Positions 8,817 to 19,433 of a stretch of 35,909 nt of DNA are shown here, in pieces. The DNA is from Planctomycetota bacterium (lineage in GTDB: Bacteria > Planctomycetota > Planctomycetia > Gemmatales > Gemmataceae). Under the pieces are notes generated by a model. It was not told the origin of the DNA, did not search any database, and saw nothing but the letters and a program-made list of their open reading frames with translations. How positions within the stretch are numbered: the first letter of the stretch is position 1; the number at the start of each line of letters is the position of its first letter. A program made the translations under genes and the position numbers. The DNA lies in assembly GCA_029777335.1 (NCBI GenBank), contig JAKOSN010000207.1, forward strand, positions 1 to 35,909. Reading direction: 5' to 3'.

Positions 8817-10415
8817 CTATTCTTCCTCAACCAGGATCTGCTGATCGGCCTTCACATTCCTGCGCGTGAGAGTCTTTCCTCCTGGCAGCCGCACCACGAC
8901 ATCGACCGCCTTTTCGTCGCCCAGGCCAAAATGGCAAAGGGCGGGCTGTCCGGCGGCGAAGCCGTAGCCGGTCGCGAGCTCCTGAAAGCCGAGTAATCCC
9001 TCCGCCCGCGCGCTTGTTCCCGCGCTATAGATCTTCACCTGGGCGCCTATTCCCATCCGATTCATCTTCTTGCCACGAACGGCGACCTTCAACCAGTGCC
9101 GTTTTGGACTGTCGTTGTGGAGCAAACGGCAGTGATTGCCCTGAAACCAGTTGACCAGAAAGAGATCCATGCGGCCGTCGTTGTCGTAGTCCGCCGAGGG
9201 ACCCGTGGGATAGTACACCATCGGCCCCTTGATCGGTTGGGGAGGAACGAAACGAGGCATACCGTCCTTGACTCCCAGATGCCGGTAGATCAGCGGGGTA
9301 ACCTTCCCCTTCGCGTCGAGCCAAGCCGCGGAGACGTAAATGTCCGGCCAGCCGTCGTTGTCGAAATCCTGGATCTCACAATGGGGACATTTCGTGGGAA
9401 CCGTCTCGCCCAGACCCACTTCCTGGGTGACATCGCGAAATTGGGGGATGCCGTCCTTCAACCCCTCGTTCAGAAACACCTTGTTGCGCGCTTTCTGGCC
9501 GTGAATCGACAGGACGAGATCGAGCCTGCCGTCGCGATTCAAATCGCCGAAGCACGCGCCGCAGGGCCAGTCTTCCCGGTCGAGCGGCTTCCAGGCGAAC
9601 ACACCCTGAGGAGCTTCACGATACTTGCCATCCTTCTGGCTGAGAAAGAGGCGATTACTGTGAGGGACAAAGAGATCGGGTCGGCCATCGTCATTGAGAT
9701 CGGCGCAGGCCAACCCCAGCCCATACAGATCCTCGGGGAGTCCGGCAGATCGGGTGACATCGACAAATTTCAACCCGCCCTGGTTGCGCAGCAATGCGCA
9801 GCGCGGCGCAGGTGTGAAGCGATCCTCGACAACAAAGAGGTCGAGGAGGCCGTCCTGATCGAAGTCGAGCACCCCCACATTGCGCGCCGTGAAGAGAGAC
9901 TCGGGGCAGGCGCCACTGGCGCGGGAAATATCGACGAGTTTCCCCTGGTCGTTACGAAAGAGCTGACAGTGGAGAGTCAGTTCGGGCTTCTTCGCCTTCG
10001 TTTTGGCGTTGTTGGCGACATAGAGTTCGAGGGTGCCGTTGTTGTCGAGATCGGCGAACACCGCTCCCGACGTGCGGCCCCGGGATTCGACGGCGGGGAG
10101 GGCGACGCGAGTAAAAGTCCCATCGCCCCGATTGCGGAAGAGACGATTGGTGATAGGCCCGGACGCGGGTTTGTACTCGGCATCGGGGCGGTCACAGAAG
10201 CCCCCCACATAGAGATCGACCAGACCATCGCCATCAAAATCGCCCCAGGCGGCGCCGTGGCCCATCAGCCCGGCCAGCGGTTCCAGCAACCCAGCCGTCT
10301 GGGTGGTTTCGGTGAACACGAGCCGGTCGTTCGACTCCGAGGGATCGCCAGGGGCGGCCAGCCATCCAGTGCCAAGGAGCAGGATGCTGCCGAGGAGCCA
10401 GCGGAACGTTGTCAT
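8817..10415 (-). CDS. CRTAC1-family protein with FG-GAP/VCBS-like repeats and ASPIC/UnbV domain, secreted
   Basis: - Signal peptide MTTFRWLLGSILLLGTGWLAAP
- Repeated Ca-binding-like motifs: DFDGDGLVDLYVGG, DLDNNGTLELYVAN, DFDQDGLLDLFVV, DLNDDGRPDLFV, DLNRDGRLDLVLS, DFDNDGWPDIYVS, DYDNDGRMDLFLVN
- C-terminal UnbV-like segment. Confidence 0.8.
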   Translation of the reverse strand: MTTFRWLLGSILLLGTGWLAAPGDPSESNDRLVFTETTQTAGLLEPLAGLMGHGAAWGDFDGDGLVDLYVGGFCDRPDAEYKPASGPITNRLFRNRGDGTFTRVALPAVESRGRTSGAVFADLDNNGTLELYVANNAKTKAKKPELTLHCQLFRNDQGKLVDISRASGACPESLFTARNVGVLDFDQDGLLDLFVVEDRFTPAPRCALLRNQGGLKFVDVTRSAGLPEDLYGLGLACADLNDDGRPDLFVPHSNRLFLSQKDGKYREAPQGVFAWKPLDREDWPCGACFGDLNRDGRLDLVLSIHGQKARNKVFLNEGLKDGIPQFRDVTQEVGLGETVPTKCPHCEIQDFDNDGWPDIYVSAAWLDAKGKVTPLIYRHLGVKDGMPRFVPPQPIKGPMVYYPTGPSADYDNDGRMDLFLVNWFQGNHCRLLHNDSPKRHWLKVAVRGKKMNRMGIGAQVKIYSAGTSARAEGLLGFQELATGYGFAAGQPALCHFGLGDEKAVDVVVRLPGGKTLTRRNVKADQQILVEEE

Positions 10416-10594
10416 GAGGGAGACTCCAGCGACCAGCGGGGAGGATCTCAGGCCCCGAGTGTCGCCCTGCGCGACAGGCGAGTAAAGGGTTTTTCTGAAA
10501 ATCGGTGCGGAACGGCGCTGGCTCGCCAGAAGTGCAAGGGACCGCTATCATAGAGACAGATTGTCTGGTCAGGCCCCGTGAAGCCGAGGTCCTC

Positions 10595-11059
10595 ATGCAA
10601 CCGACCGCTTCTGCCGCTGCTGAGCGTCCAGCCCGCATCCTGATTGCCGACGATAACCCTCAGGGCGTCGAGCTGCTGGAAGCGTATCTGAGCGGGACAG
10701 ACTACGAGCTGCAAACCGCCTTTGATGGAGAGGAAACGCTGGCGCGCGTGGCCGAGTGGCATCCCGATCTGATTCTGCTCGATGTCATGATGCCCAAGAT
10801 TAGCGGGTTTGAAGTGTGCAAACGGCTGCGCAGCGACCCCAGGACGAGCGACATCGCCATTCTCATGGTCACCGCGCTGGATCAGAACAGCGATATCGAT
10901 CGCGCCATCGATGTCGGGGCAGAGGATTTTTTGAGCAAACCGATCAACAAGGCGGAGTTACTGTTGCGCGTGCAATCGCTGCTGAAGAGTCGGCGTTACA
11001 CCCGGGAAATGGATCGGACCCTGGCGCACATTGAGGCAGTGGAGCGAGGCACTCCATGA
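10595..11059 (+). CDS. Single-domain response regulator (CheY-like receiver)
   Basis: REC motifs: ILIADDNPQGVELL...DLILLDVMMPKISGFEVCKRLR...ILMVTAL...SKP. Start chosen at ATG 10595 (MQPTAS...) rather than the track start at 10505. Stop overlaps the next start (ATGA at 11056-11059). Confidence 0.8.
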   Translation: MQPTASAAAERPARILIADDNPQGVELLEAYLSGTDYELQTAFDGEETLARVAEWHPDLILLDVMMPKISGFEVCKRLRSDPRTSDIAILMVTALDQNSDIDRAIDVGAEDFLSKPINKAELLLRVQSLLKSRRYTREMDRTLAHIEAVERGTP

Positions 11060-12246
11060 CGCTCCCGCGGATCGTCGTGCAACCCGGGCGCGTGCGACCG
11101 TTTTTTGGCCGGCATCCCTGGGTGTTCGCGGGGGCCATCGCCCGCGTGGAGGGAGATCCCGCCGACGGTGCCGAGGTCGATCTGGTCACGCCCAGCGGGA
11201 CGTTCATCGCGCGGGGACTGTATAACAGCCAGAGCAAGATTCGCGTTCGTCTTTATAGCTGGGAGGAAAGGACCTCCCTCGATCGAGACTTCTTCGCCGC
11301 GCGCCTGCGCGCGGCGATTCGGTGGCGTCACGACGTACTCGGGTGGCAGGGGCCCGAAACGGCGTGTCGGCTGGTCTTTAGCGAGGCAGATGGCCTCTCG
11401 GGCTGCACCGTGGATCGCTACGACCGGTGGTTGGTGGTTCAGTTCACTTCCCTGGCGCTGGCGCAGCGACGCGATCTGATGGTGGATCTCCTGCGGGAGA
11501 TCCTGGCTCCCGAGGGGATTATGCTGCGCACCGAGAAGGGGATTCGCGACCTCGAAGGGCTGGACCTTCACGATCAACTCCTGTGGGGCGAGGTGCCTGC
11601 CGAACCGATCAGGATCCGCGAGGGACCAGTGGTGTTCCGGGTCCATCTCCGCGAGGGGCAGAAAACGGGGTTCTACCTCGATCAGCGCGACAATCGACAA
11701 CGGGTGGCCGCGCTGGCGCGCGGCCGCCGGATGCTCGATGCGTTTTGCTACACTGGCGGGTTTGGGCTCCACGCAGCGCAGGCAGGCGCGCAGGCGGTCG
11801 AGGGGGTGGATGTCTCCGAGCCTGCGCTGGAACTGGCGCGGGGGAACGCGCACTGCAACAGGCTTGACAACCTGGAGTTCATTCGTAGGGATGTCTTCAC
11901 TCATCTGGCTGAACGAGCCGAGGCTGGTGAGCGATTCGGTCTGGTAGTGCTCGATCCCCCCAGGTTCGCACGAACGCGCGAAGCGATCGGGGAGGCACTC
12001 CGCGGGTATCGTCGGCTCCACGCTCTGGCCCTGCGGCTGCTCGAACCGGAAGGAATTCTGGTGAGCTGCTGTTGTTCCGGGTTGATCACCGGCGAGATGC
12101 TCACACTGATGCTGGCGGAGTTGGCCGCTGAAATGGGGCGAGACATTCAGTTGATGGAACAGCGCGGCGCGGCGGCTGATCATCCGGTGTCGGTCTCATG
12201 CCTGGAGTCGAACTATTTGAAATGCCTGATCAGTCGAGTCCGGTAA
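11056..12246 (+). CDS. Class I SAM-dependent rRNA methyltransferase, RlmI-like (PUA-like N-domain plus Rossmann MTase)
   Basis: - N-terminal region RIVVQPGRVRPFFGRHPWVFAGAI matches the start of RlmI/RlmK-type methyltransferases
- MLDAFCYTGGFGLHAA: SAM-binding motif I
- VVLDPPRFAR: motif IV, DPPxF
- LVSCCCS. Confidence 0.8.
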   Translation: MTLPRIVVQPGRVRPFFGRHPWVFAGAIARVEGDPADGAEVDLVTPSGTFIARGLYNSQSKIRVRLYSWEERTSLDRDFFAARLRAAIRWRHDVLGWQGPETACRLVFSEADGLSGCTVDRYDRWLVVQFTSLALAQRRDLMVDLLREILAPEGIMLRTEKGIRDLEGLDLHDQLLWGEVPAEPIRIREGPVVFRVHLREGQKTGFYLDQRDNRQRVAALARGRRMLDAFCYTGGFGLHAAQAGAQAVEGVDVSEPALELARGNAHCNRLDNLEFIRRDVFTHLAERAEAGERFGLVVLDPPRFARTREAIGEALRGYRRLHALALRLLEPEGILVSCCCSGLITGEMLTLMLAELAAEMGRDIQLMEQRGAAADHPVSVSCLESNYLKCLISRVR

Positions 12247-12350
12247 ATTCCTGAAACCGGTTGGTGCCAGGGCGGGTACTGCCAGGACACGGTCCGCCAG
12301 AGTGATCGTCCGAACGGATACATTCTCTTTCCTAGAGGTAGAGTCACACA

Positions 12351-13340
12351 ATGCTATCTCACCGTCGTCTGTGGGTTCGCGTTCTGAGCCTGACCTTGCT
12401 GGCTACCCTGGTGGCCAGCCCTGCTCGCGCCATCGAGATCGACAAGTATCTCCCGGCGGACACGGAAACCCTGGTCGTTTTTAACATCAAGCAACTCCTG
12501 GGCTCTGCGCTCGTCAAGAAGTACGGGATGAAGCAGCTCGAGGAAGCAATGAAGTCACAGGACGAAGCGACCAAGATCCTCAAGGATCTGGGCTTCAACC
12601 CCCTGAAGGATCTGGACAAGATCATGATTGCGGGGCCGTCGTCGGGCGAAAAAAGCAAGGGGCTGGCCATTATTCGTGGGCGTTTCGACGTCGACAAGTT
12701 CAAGAGCCAGGCGGAGAAGTTCGCCAAGGATAACAAGGATGTCCTGAAGATCATCAAGATCAAGGATGGGCAGGGCGGCGATTTCACCGCCTATGAAGTC
12801 ACCCCGCCGATGCAGGAAGATCCGATGTTCATCGCCCTGGCTTCCAACGACACCATTCTGGCCGGCGCCTCCAAGGAATATCTCGCCGAGGCAATGCGGG
12901 TCAAGGGAGAGAAGAAGCCGACGCTCAAGAGCAAGGCGTTCACGGCCTTGCTGGACCGGGTCGATGGACAGCAGACGATGTCGATGGTGTTGATGGGCGA
13001 TGTCCTCACCAAGGGCCCGCTCGCCGATCTCCCCGTTGCCGATATGCTCGCCAAGGTGCGTGCGGTGGCGGGCGGCTTCACCGTCACCGACGGCATCAAG
13101 GTTGAGTTTGCCATCACCGCCAAGGATGCCGACGCGACCAAGGAGATCAAGGAAGCGATCGACAATGGCGTGAACCTGGCCCTGGGCGCCCTGGCCTTTG
13201 GCGCTGGGCAGCAGAAGGAACTGGCTCCGGTGCTCGAGATCATCAAGAGCGTGAAGACCACCACCAAGGACAAGACGATCACTGTCAAGGCGGCTCTCAG
13301 CGCCGAAACTCTGGGGAAATCGATCATTCAGGATCAGTAA
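12351..13340 (+). CDS. Secreted Lys-rich hypothetical protein, paralog A of a tandem pair
   Basis: - Signal peptide MLSHRRLWVRVLSLTLLATLVASPARA
- Clear paralogy with the next gene: LPADTETLVVFNIKQLLGSALVKKYG / IPAETEQVIFINVRQMLDSPLVKKHG, LGFNPLKDLDKIMI / LGLDPLKDIDSVLI, AIIRGRFDVDKF / VVVRGKFDLSKI
- No family recognised. Confidence 0.75.
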   Translation: MLSHRRLWVRVLSLTLLATLVASPARAIEIDKYLPADTETLVVFNIKQLLGSALVKKYGMKQLEEAMKSQDEATKILKDLGFNPLKDLDKIMIAGPSSGEKSKGLAIIRGRFDVDKFKSQAEKFAKDNKDVLKIIKIKDGQGGDFTAYEVTPPMQEDPMFIALASNDTILAGASKEYLAEAMRVKGEKKPTLKSKAFTALLDRVDGQQTMSMVLMGDVLTKGPLADLPVADMLAKVRAVAGGFTVTDGIKVEFAITAKDADATKEIKEAIDNGVNLALGALAFGAGQQKELAPVLEIIKSVKTTTKDKTITVKAALSAETLGKSIIQDQ

Positions 13341-13360
13341 GCCCGCGTTGAAACGCAACA

Positions 13361-13395
13361 GAACCGCAGGTGCTCCTCGCCTGCGGTTCGTCCGC
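13361..13395 (+). terminator. Hairpin between the tandem paralogs: gaaccgcagg (13361-13370), 9-nt loop, cctgcggttc (13380-13389), then gtccgctttgt
   Basis: Seen in sequence: perfect 10-bp inverted repeat 20 nt after the stop. The U-tract is weak (UUUGU), so it may only attenuate. Confidence 0.45.
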
Positions 13396-13440
13396 TTTGT
13401 AAGGATTGACTATTCTCTCCTCGTGGAAAGGAATGACTCC

Positions 13441-14385
13441 ATGTTCCGACTGTGCAAACCTGCCGCGTTGGCCCTGCTCCTCCTCGCGGTGCCCCTCCAG
13501 GCCGCCGATGTGGATCCGTTCATCCCGGCGGAGACCGAACAGGTTATCTTTATCAATGTCCGCCAGATGCTCGACTCGCCCCTGGTGAAAAAACATGGTC
13601 TGGAAATCCTCAAGGATGCCATGGCCAAGGATCCCAACGTCAAGCAGATGCTGACAACGCTCGGACTCGATCCGCTCAAGGATATCGACAGCGTGCTGAT
13701 CACCAACAAGGGGACCGAGGGCGACAAGGTGCTGGTCGTGGTCCGGGGCAAGTTCGATCTGTCCAAGATCGAGCCGACCATCGAGGCCGTCGCCAAGAAC
13801 AAGCCGGGCGAGGTGAAGATTTCCAAGGATGGCAAGCTCAAGATCTACGAGACGGCTCAGCAGGGCAAGCCGCTCTTCTCCACCTTCCTGGACGGCAATA
13901 CCATCGTGGCCACCACCACCAAGGGGTTGCTCGTGGACGCCGCTGCCAAGAAGCCGGCCAAGCTGCACAAGGATCTCGCGGCAGCCCTGACGGCGGTGAA
14001 CTCCAAGCAGAGCATGTACATGGTCGCCGTCGTGCCCGACGAGGTCAAGAAAATGCTGGCCAATCAGGAGGCGGCTGCCAACCTGGCGCCGAAACTCCGC
14101 GTGCTGACCGCCAGTGTCGCGGTCACCAAGGACGTCGCCATCAACGTGAAGATCGAAACCGACGATGAGAAATCGGCCGAGGAACTGGGCGACCTGGCCA
14201 AGCAGGGCAAGGCGTTGATTCAGTTTGCCGCCGCCAACAACGACATGCTCAAGGAAGCCAAACCGTTGATCGATGGTGTGCTCAAGAGCATCGATATCAA
14301 GACCACCAAGAACAGCACCAGCGTGAGCATGAAGCTTAGCGCGGAGCTGATTGAAAAGGCGATGGAAAAGCTGCCCAAGCAGTAA
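13441..14385 (+). CDS. Secreted Lys-rich hypothetical protein, paralog B of the tandem pair
   Basis: Start moved to ATG 13441 (MFRLCKPAALALLLLAVPLQAAD signal peptide), preceded by GGAAAGGAA. The track start at 13348 would add an unlikely 31-aa leader. Homologous to paralog A along its full length. Confidence 0.75.
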   Translation: MFRLCKPAALALLLLAVPLQAADVDPFIPAETEQVIFINVRQMLDSPLVKKHGLEILKDAMAKDPNVKQMLTTLGLDPLKDIDSVLITNKGTEGDKVLVVVRGKFDLSKIEPTIEAVAKNKPGEVKISKDGKLKIYETAQQGKPLFSTFLDGNTIVATTTKGLLVDAAAKKPAKLHKDLAAALTAVNSKQSMYMVAVVPDEVKKMLANQEAAANLAPKLRVLTASVAVTKDVAINVKIETDDEKSAEELGDLAKQGKALIQFAAANNDMLKEAKPLIDGVLKSIDIKTTKNSTSVSMKLSAELIEKAMEKLPKQ

Positions 14386-14410
14386 GCCTCTTGCCGGAGC
14401 GATCTGCTCG

Positions 14411-14468
14411 GAGCCCGCAGGGGAACGTGGTGGCCACCCGCCGTCCCCCTGCGGGCTCGCTTTTTTTC
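14411..14468 (+). terminator. Strong rho-independent terminator: gagcccgcagggg (14411-14423), 21-nt loop containing palindrome ggtggccacc, cccctgcgggctc (14445-14457), then GC plus TTTTTTT
   Basis: Seen in sequence: 13-bp perfect stem followed by a 7-T run, 26 nt after the paralog B stop codon. Confidence 0.85.
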
Positions 14469-14580
14469 ATCCGACAAGAAGCAAACGCGGCCAGAATCCC
14501 CCGCCCCTCTTTTCCGCCGACCCTTCCCGCCCTTCAATAACCTCAGGGAGATCCGCGGTGGCAACGCAAGGGGATCGATC

Positions 14581-17500
14581 ATGTATTTCGGCATCGGAGC
14601 GCGGCTCGGCGTGCTGGCATCGGCGCTGATCATTGCCAGCACATGGATCGTCTCCGACCTGGCCCAGAATAGCTCGCGCAAGGTCCTCCTCGAACACGAG
14701 ATGGCCGACCTGGCCGACGACGCACGCCTGCGTGGCTACGCCCTGGTGCGCGGGGCTCGTTCGCTGCGCGAGAGTTTGATGCAGCAGGCCACCCATCTTG
14801 AATTGCAGGAGATGCTACGCTCGGCGACCGAGCAGCAAGGACGCTTTCAACCGCTCATTCGTGCCGAATTTCAGCGCTTTCTGGCCACGCATCCGGACTA
14901 TCTGCAAATCGAATTTGTGCCGCAGAATGACAGCGGGTTTGAGCCCATCCACGTTGCGCGAACCAGCCTCGAGGGTGTCTCGTGTCAGGTGGTGATTCGG
15001 AGTGATCACCATGCCCGCTATCTGCCCGAGGTCTTCGCTCCGCAGGGGCGGGACCCAGCGCCCGGAGAGGATCCGGGGCTGGCACGCGGGGAGCCCCTGC
15101 TCTCCGAGGTGCGCAAAAACGACGATGCCCGACTCAATGGTAAGCCGGTCCCGGTGATGCGTGCCGGGGTCCGCCTCTACACGCGCAAGCCGGGCATGCT
15201 CATCTCGCCGCGCCGCCTGGCCGGGGCGCTCATTATCACGCGCAATTACACGGACCTGTTCCAGGAAGTGTCGAGCTTTCCGCGTGCGCTGGTCTATGTC
15301 ACCAACCAGGAGGGAAACCTGCTGGTCAGCCCCGATCGGCGCGAAACCTTTACCTTTGAACCCGATAATCATCCGAGTCGGCGCGTGCAGGATGAACTCT
15401 TCCCGCAACTGGCTCCCTATTATGCGCGGGACGATGCAGGGCTCACCACGGAGCAGATGCGCGCGGTGGATACCGGCACCAGTTACACCACGGGGCTGAG
15501 TTGCACCAATCTCAAGAAGTTCTGGCACCTCCCTCGCGACGAGCACTATTACCTTCTGGTGTTGCGTGTGACCCTGTCTCATGAGCAGTGGTGCCAGGCG
15601 GACGAGGTTCAGGCTCGATTGCGGGCGCGCTTTGCCCAGATCCAGCGCGAGGCCGAGAATCCCACCCTGCTGTTCAGTTCGCGCGTGGATGATCAGACTC
15701 CCACTCTCCATGTGCGCAGCGATAACAAAGAGGAACTGGAGCAGATTGGGAAAACGCTGGAACAGGAGTTTCCCGGGGTCCTGGAGGCGCGAACGGTCAT
15801 TGATTGCAAGAAGTACGTCGTGCATTTCTATCGGATGATCTACATGGGGAATGGCGGAGAGGTCGATCCACACAAGCGCTGGTTTGGCCTGATCTGGGCC
15901 AGCGCCGTCGAGGAGATCGTCTCGGACATCGAGGAGCAGGGCAAGGTGATGTTGCGCTACACCTTTGTCCTGGTATGTGCCGGCGTTCTGCTCGCCTTTC
16001 TCCTCTCGCGTTTGCTCAGTCGCCCACTGGTGAACATGACCAAGGCGACCCAGGAACTGGCGCACGGCAATTTCAACGTGCAAATGCCGACCCATGCCGG
16101 AGGCGAAATCGGTTCCCTGGCGCGGTCCTTTCAGGACATGGTCGAACAGTTACAGCAACGCACCCAGGAACTCCACGAGAAGGAGGCGCGCTTACGCACG
16201 ATTCTCAAGACGGCCGCCGAGGGGATCATCATTCTCAACGACAATTGCCAGATTCAGATGGTCAACCAGGCGGTCGAGCGCATCTTTGGCTACACCGCCG
16301 AGGAAATGAAGGGAAAACCCATCACCCTGCTCATTCCCCGTCAGGCGCTGAACATGGGCGAGGGCGAGGCGATGATGCCTTCGGATTCTTCGGAGAGCAT
16401 CTTGCTGGGGCCGATCCGCAACGTGATTCGCGAGGCCACCGGCACGCGCAAGGACGGCATGACCTTCCCGGTGGAGTTGTCGCTGAGCGAGGTCCCGCTG
16501 GGGGACACCCATCTCTTCACAGGAATTATTCGCGATATTACGGAGCGAAAAAAGGCAGAACAGGAGATTCGCGAACTCAACCAGCAACTCTTTGAGATGA
16601 ACGAGCAACTGGAACTGCGGGTGCGCGAGCGGACGGTCGAACTGGAGCACACCAATGAACAACTCGGTGTGGCACGAGATCGCGCGCTGGAAGCCAACCG
16701 CGCCAAGAGCGTCTTTCTGGCCCAGATGAGCCACGAACTGCGCACGCCGCTCAACGCCGTCAAAGGCTACAGCGAATTGCTCCTTGAGGAGGCGCAGGAT
16801 CGACATCTCGACGATTTTGTCCCCGATTTGCAAAAGATCATCAACGCCGGCAGCCATCTCCTCACGCTGATCAACGATATTCTGGATCTCTCCAAGATTG
16901 AGGCGCAAAAGATCGAACTCCACCCCGAGACCTTCGAGGTCAAGGAACTGATCACCGCCATCACCAGCACCATCGAACCGCTGATCCAGCGGCGGCAAAA
17001 TCGGCTGGTACTCCAGCTGGGGGGGGAACTGGGGTCGATCTACGCCGATCGAACCCGCGTACGCCAGATTCTCTTCAACCTGCTCAGCAATGCCGCCAAG
17101 TTCACCGAAAAGGGGACGGTGACCTTCGAGGTGCTCCGCCAGGCGATCGACGGCCACGACTGGCTGGTCTTCCACGTGCGCGACACCGGGATTGGAATGA
17201 CCGCCGAACAACTGGGCAAGCTGTTCAAACCCTTCACGCAGATCGATTCCTCCACCACACGCCGCTACGAGGGAACGGGGCTGGGGCTGGTGATCAGTCG
17301 GAGTTTGGCCGAGATGATGGGAGGCGAAATTCTCGTCGAGAGTGAGTACGGCAAGGGATCCACCTTTAGCCTGCGCATGCCCGCGGCTCCTTACACCGAT
17401 GCGATCCAGCCCGAGGCAAACGAGACGTCCGAAGTTCCGCAGCCCGGAACGGTCCTGGTTATCGACGATGATCCGGTCGTTCGCGATCTGATGCACCGTT

Positions 17501-18198
17501 TCCTGGAGAAGGAGGGCTATCATGTGGTCACGGTGGGCACCGGGATGGACGGGGTGCGCCTGGCGCGCGAGTTAAAGCCGTTCGCCATCACCCTCGATGT
17601 GATGATGGCCGGGATGGACGGCTGGGAGGTGTTGACGACCCTGAAAGCCAACCCCGCCACCAGTGACATCCCGGTGATCATGGTGACGATCGTCGACGAC
17701 AAGAATCTCGGCTACGCGCTTGGGGCCACCGATTACATGACCAAGCCGATCGATCGCGAACGCCTGATCCGGCTGCTGTTGCGCTATCGTCAGCGCGATG
17801 CCAAACGCGAGGTCCTGGTGGTCGAGGACAGTCCGGAAACGCGGGAGGTGTTGCGGCGCACACTGGAAAAGGTGGGCTGGACCGTGATCGAGGCGGAAAA
17901 TGGCCAGGTGGCGCTGGAGAAATTGCGTGAATCTATCCCTGCGATTCTCCTGCTTGATCTGATGATGCCCGAGGTGGACGGCTTCGAGGTGGTTTTGCAA
18001 ATGCGGCAGAACCCCGCGTGGCGGCATGTGCCGGTCATTGTGTTGACCGCCAAGGAACTCACTGCGCACGATCGCGAAATGCTGAACGGCTCGGTGCTGC
18101 GCGTGCTGCAAAAGGGGCAGGTGTCGTTACAGGAGGTCCTGGAGGAACTACGCGACTTGATGCTGGAAGTCGCCCCGCCTTACGATACCCGATCGTGA
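14581..18198 (+). CDS. Hybrid sensor histidine kinase / response regulator: TM, about 430-aa extracytoplasmic sensor, TM, HAMP, PAS, HisKA, HATPase_c, REC, REC
   Basis: - H-box [19 protein letters not shown]
- N, G1 and G2 boxes: [27 protein letters not shown]
- PAS: [37 protein letters not shown]
- Two receiver domains: [12 protein letters not shown]...[13 protein letters not shown] and [12 protein letters not shown]...[14 protein letters not shown]
- AAGGGG SD 8 nt upstream of the ATG. Confidence 0.9.
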   Translation: MYFGIGARLGVLASALIIASTWIVSDLAQNSSRKVLLEHEMADLADDARLRGYALVRGARSLRESLMQQATHLELQEMLRSATEQQGRFQPLIRAEFQRFLATHPDYLQIEFVPQNDSGFEPIHVARTSLEGVSCQVVIRSDHHARYLPEVFAPQGRDPAPGEDPGLARGEPLLSEVRKNDDARLNGKPVPVMRAGVRLYTRKPGMLISPRRLAGALIITRNYTDLFQEVSSFPRALVYVTNQEGNLLVSPDRRETFTFEPDNHPSRRVQDELFPQLAPYYARDDAGLTTEQMRAVDTGTSYTTGLSCTNLKKFWHLPRDEHYYLLVLRVTLSHEQWCQADEVQARLRARFAQIQREAENPTLLFSSRVDDQTPTLHVRSDNKEELEQIGKTLEQEFPGVLEARTVIDCKKYVVHFYRMIYMGNGGEVDPHKRWFGLIWASAVEEIVSDIEEQGKVMLRYTFVLVCAGVLLAFLLSRLLSRPLVNMTKATQELAHGNFNVQMPTHAGGEIGSLARSFQDMVEQLQQRTQELHEKEARLRTILKTAAEGIIILNDNCQIQMVNQAVERIFGYTAEEMKGKPITLLIPRQALNMGEGEAMMPSDSSESILLGPIRNVIREATGTRKDGMTFPVELSLSEVPLGDTHLFTGIIRDITERKKAEQEIRELNQQLFEMNEQLELRVRERTVELEHTNEQLGVARDRALEANRAKSVFLAQMSHELRTPLNAVKGYSELLLEEAQDRHLDDFVPDLQKIINAGSHLLTLINDILDLSKIEAQKIELHPETFEVKELITAITSTIEPLIQRRQNRLVLQLGGELGSIYADRTRVRQILFNLLSNAAKFTEKGTVTFEVLRQAIDGHDWLVFHVRDTGIGMTAEQLGKLFKPFTQIDSSTTRRYEGTGLGLVISRSLAEMMGGEILVESEYGKGSTFSLRMPAAPYTDAIQPEANETSEVPQPGTVLVIDDDPVVRDLMHRFLEKEGYHVVTVGTGMDGVRLARELKPFAITLDVMMAGMDGWEVLTTLKANPATSDIPVIMVTIVDDKNLGYALGATDYMTKPIDRERLIRLLLRYRQRDAKREVLVVEDSPETREVLRRTLEKVGWTVIEAENGQVALEKLRESIPAILLLDLMMPEVDGFEVVLQMRQNPAWRHVPVIVLTAKELTAHDREMLNGSVLRVLQKGQVSLQEVLEELRDLMLEVAPPYDTRS

Positions 18199-18254
18199 CA
18201 GGCGGACGACACCTGCCCTGACGCGGTGCCCTGTCCCTGGCAGCGGCGGGAGTG

Positions 18255-19433
18255 TCAACCCATCACGCCATACGAGTACGGGGTTTTCACCGGATCATTC
18301 TCCTCGAAGCGAGCCACGCGCAATGGGGCGATGTCCAGTGTTTTGGCCTGCCCATCGATCACCAGTTCCGCCATCAACTCTCCCACAATGGGCGACATCT
18401 TGAAGCCATGTCCGCTAAACCCAACGGCGCAGTAAGCCCCTTCCACGCCGGGCAAGCGATCGAGTATCGGATGCCAGTCGGGAGTGATGCCGTAGAGGGC
18501 GCCATAGCCGCCACGCCCAAAGCCACGATGCATGGCGGGATAACGGCGATTCACACGCTGGCGAATCCCCGGCAGCCAGGTGCCATCGGCAGCCTCGTTA
18601 TACTGATCGGGATTTACCGGATCCTGAATCTCCTCACCGGCCAGACTCCCGGCGTGGATCATCTCGCCATGCGTCGGCTTGAAGTAGATTCCCTGCACAA
18701 AATCGCCGTAGACCACCCCCCGACGGCTGAGATCGGTGGGACGGCGGAAGAGTGCGACCTGGGTGCGGCAGGCCTGAACAGGGAGCGGATTGCGAAGAAC
18801 GCGCGTGAGCTGCGCTGCCCATGGCCCGGTGGCCAGGATGAGCGTGCCACACCCGTAGGTGCCTTCGTTGGTTTCCACCCCGGTGATTTTCCCTTTCTCG
18901 GTCAGGAGGTTCTTGACCTCGACACCCAGACGGAGATCGGCCCCGGCGCGCCGGGCCGCATCGGCAAAGGAACTGACCACCTGGACCGCCTCGACGTAGC
19001 CGGCCTCGCTCTCGAAGGCGGCCAGCTCATCGTCTCCCAGGCGAGCGTTGGGGTCGATGTCCATCAGCTCCGCAGCGCTGATGAGCTTGACCTCGATGCC
19101 CAGTTGATGTTGCAGAGCCAGGTTCGCCTCCAACCCGGCGCGGTCGCGTTCGTTCACAATCAGCACCATCCCGGTGCGGGTAAACACAGGAGGTCCGCCC
19201 ACGCGATCGTGGAACTGCTCGAAGACGCGCAGGCTTTGCTGAGCCATCGCCGCGGTCAGCGTATTGGAATAGTGCTGGCGAACAATGGCGCCCGATTTGC
19301 CACTGGAGCCCGCGCCCAGGTAGGTTTTCTCCAGCAGGATCACCTGGCCGACTCGACGCCGTGCCAGGTGGAAGGCGATGCTGGTGCCGATTACACCTCC
19401 CCCCACGATCAGGATATCACCATTCGTGGCCAT
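18255..19433 (-). CDS. FAD-dependent oxidoreductase, DAO family (glycine/D-amino-acid oxidase or sarcosine oxidase beta-like)
   Basis: N-terminal dinucleotide-binding motif DILIVGGGVIGTSIAFHLARR. Length and overall composition are typical of the DAO family. AGGAA SD 6 nt upstream. Confidence 0.8.
   Translation of the reverse strand: MATNGDILIVGGGVIGTSIAFHLARRRVGQVILLEKTYLGAGSSGKSGAIVRQHYSNTLTAAMAQQSLRVFEQFHDRVGGPPVFTRTGMVLIVNERDRAGLEANLALQHQLGIEVKLISAAELMDIDPNARLGDDELAAFESEAGYVEAVQVVSSFADAARRAGADLRLGVEVKNLLTEKGKITGVETNEGTYGCGTLILATGPWAAQLTRVLRNPLPVQACRTQVALFRRPTDLSRRGVVYGDFVQGIYFKPTHGEMIHAGSLAGEEIQDPVNPDQYNEAADGTWLPGIRQRVNRRYPAMHRGFGRGGYGALYGITPDWHPILDRLPGVEGAYCAVGFSGHGFKMSPIVGELMAELVIDGQAKTLDIAPLRVARFEENDPVKTPYSYGVMG

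Noticed and set aside
9096-10553. 485-aa plus-strand ORF antisense to the CRTAC1-like gene
   Set aside because: No recognisable motifs, with Arg/Ala/Gly-rich composition typical of antisense frames in high-GC DNA. The minus-strand gene has strong repeat motifs and a signal peptide.
10996-12183. 395-aa minus-strand ORF antisense to the RlmI-like gene
   Set aside because: No motifs. The plus-strand frame has SAM-binding and DPPxF methyltransferase motifs.
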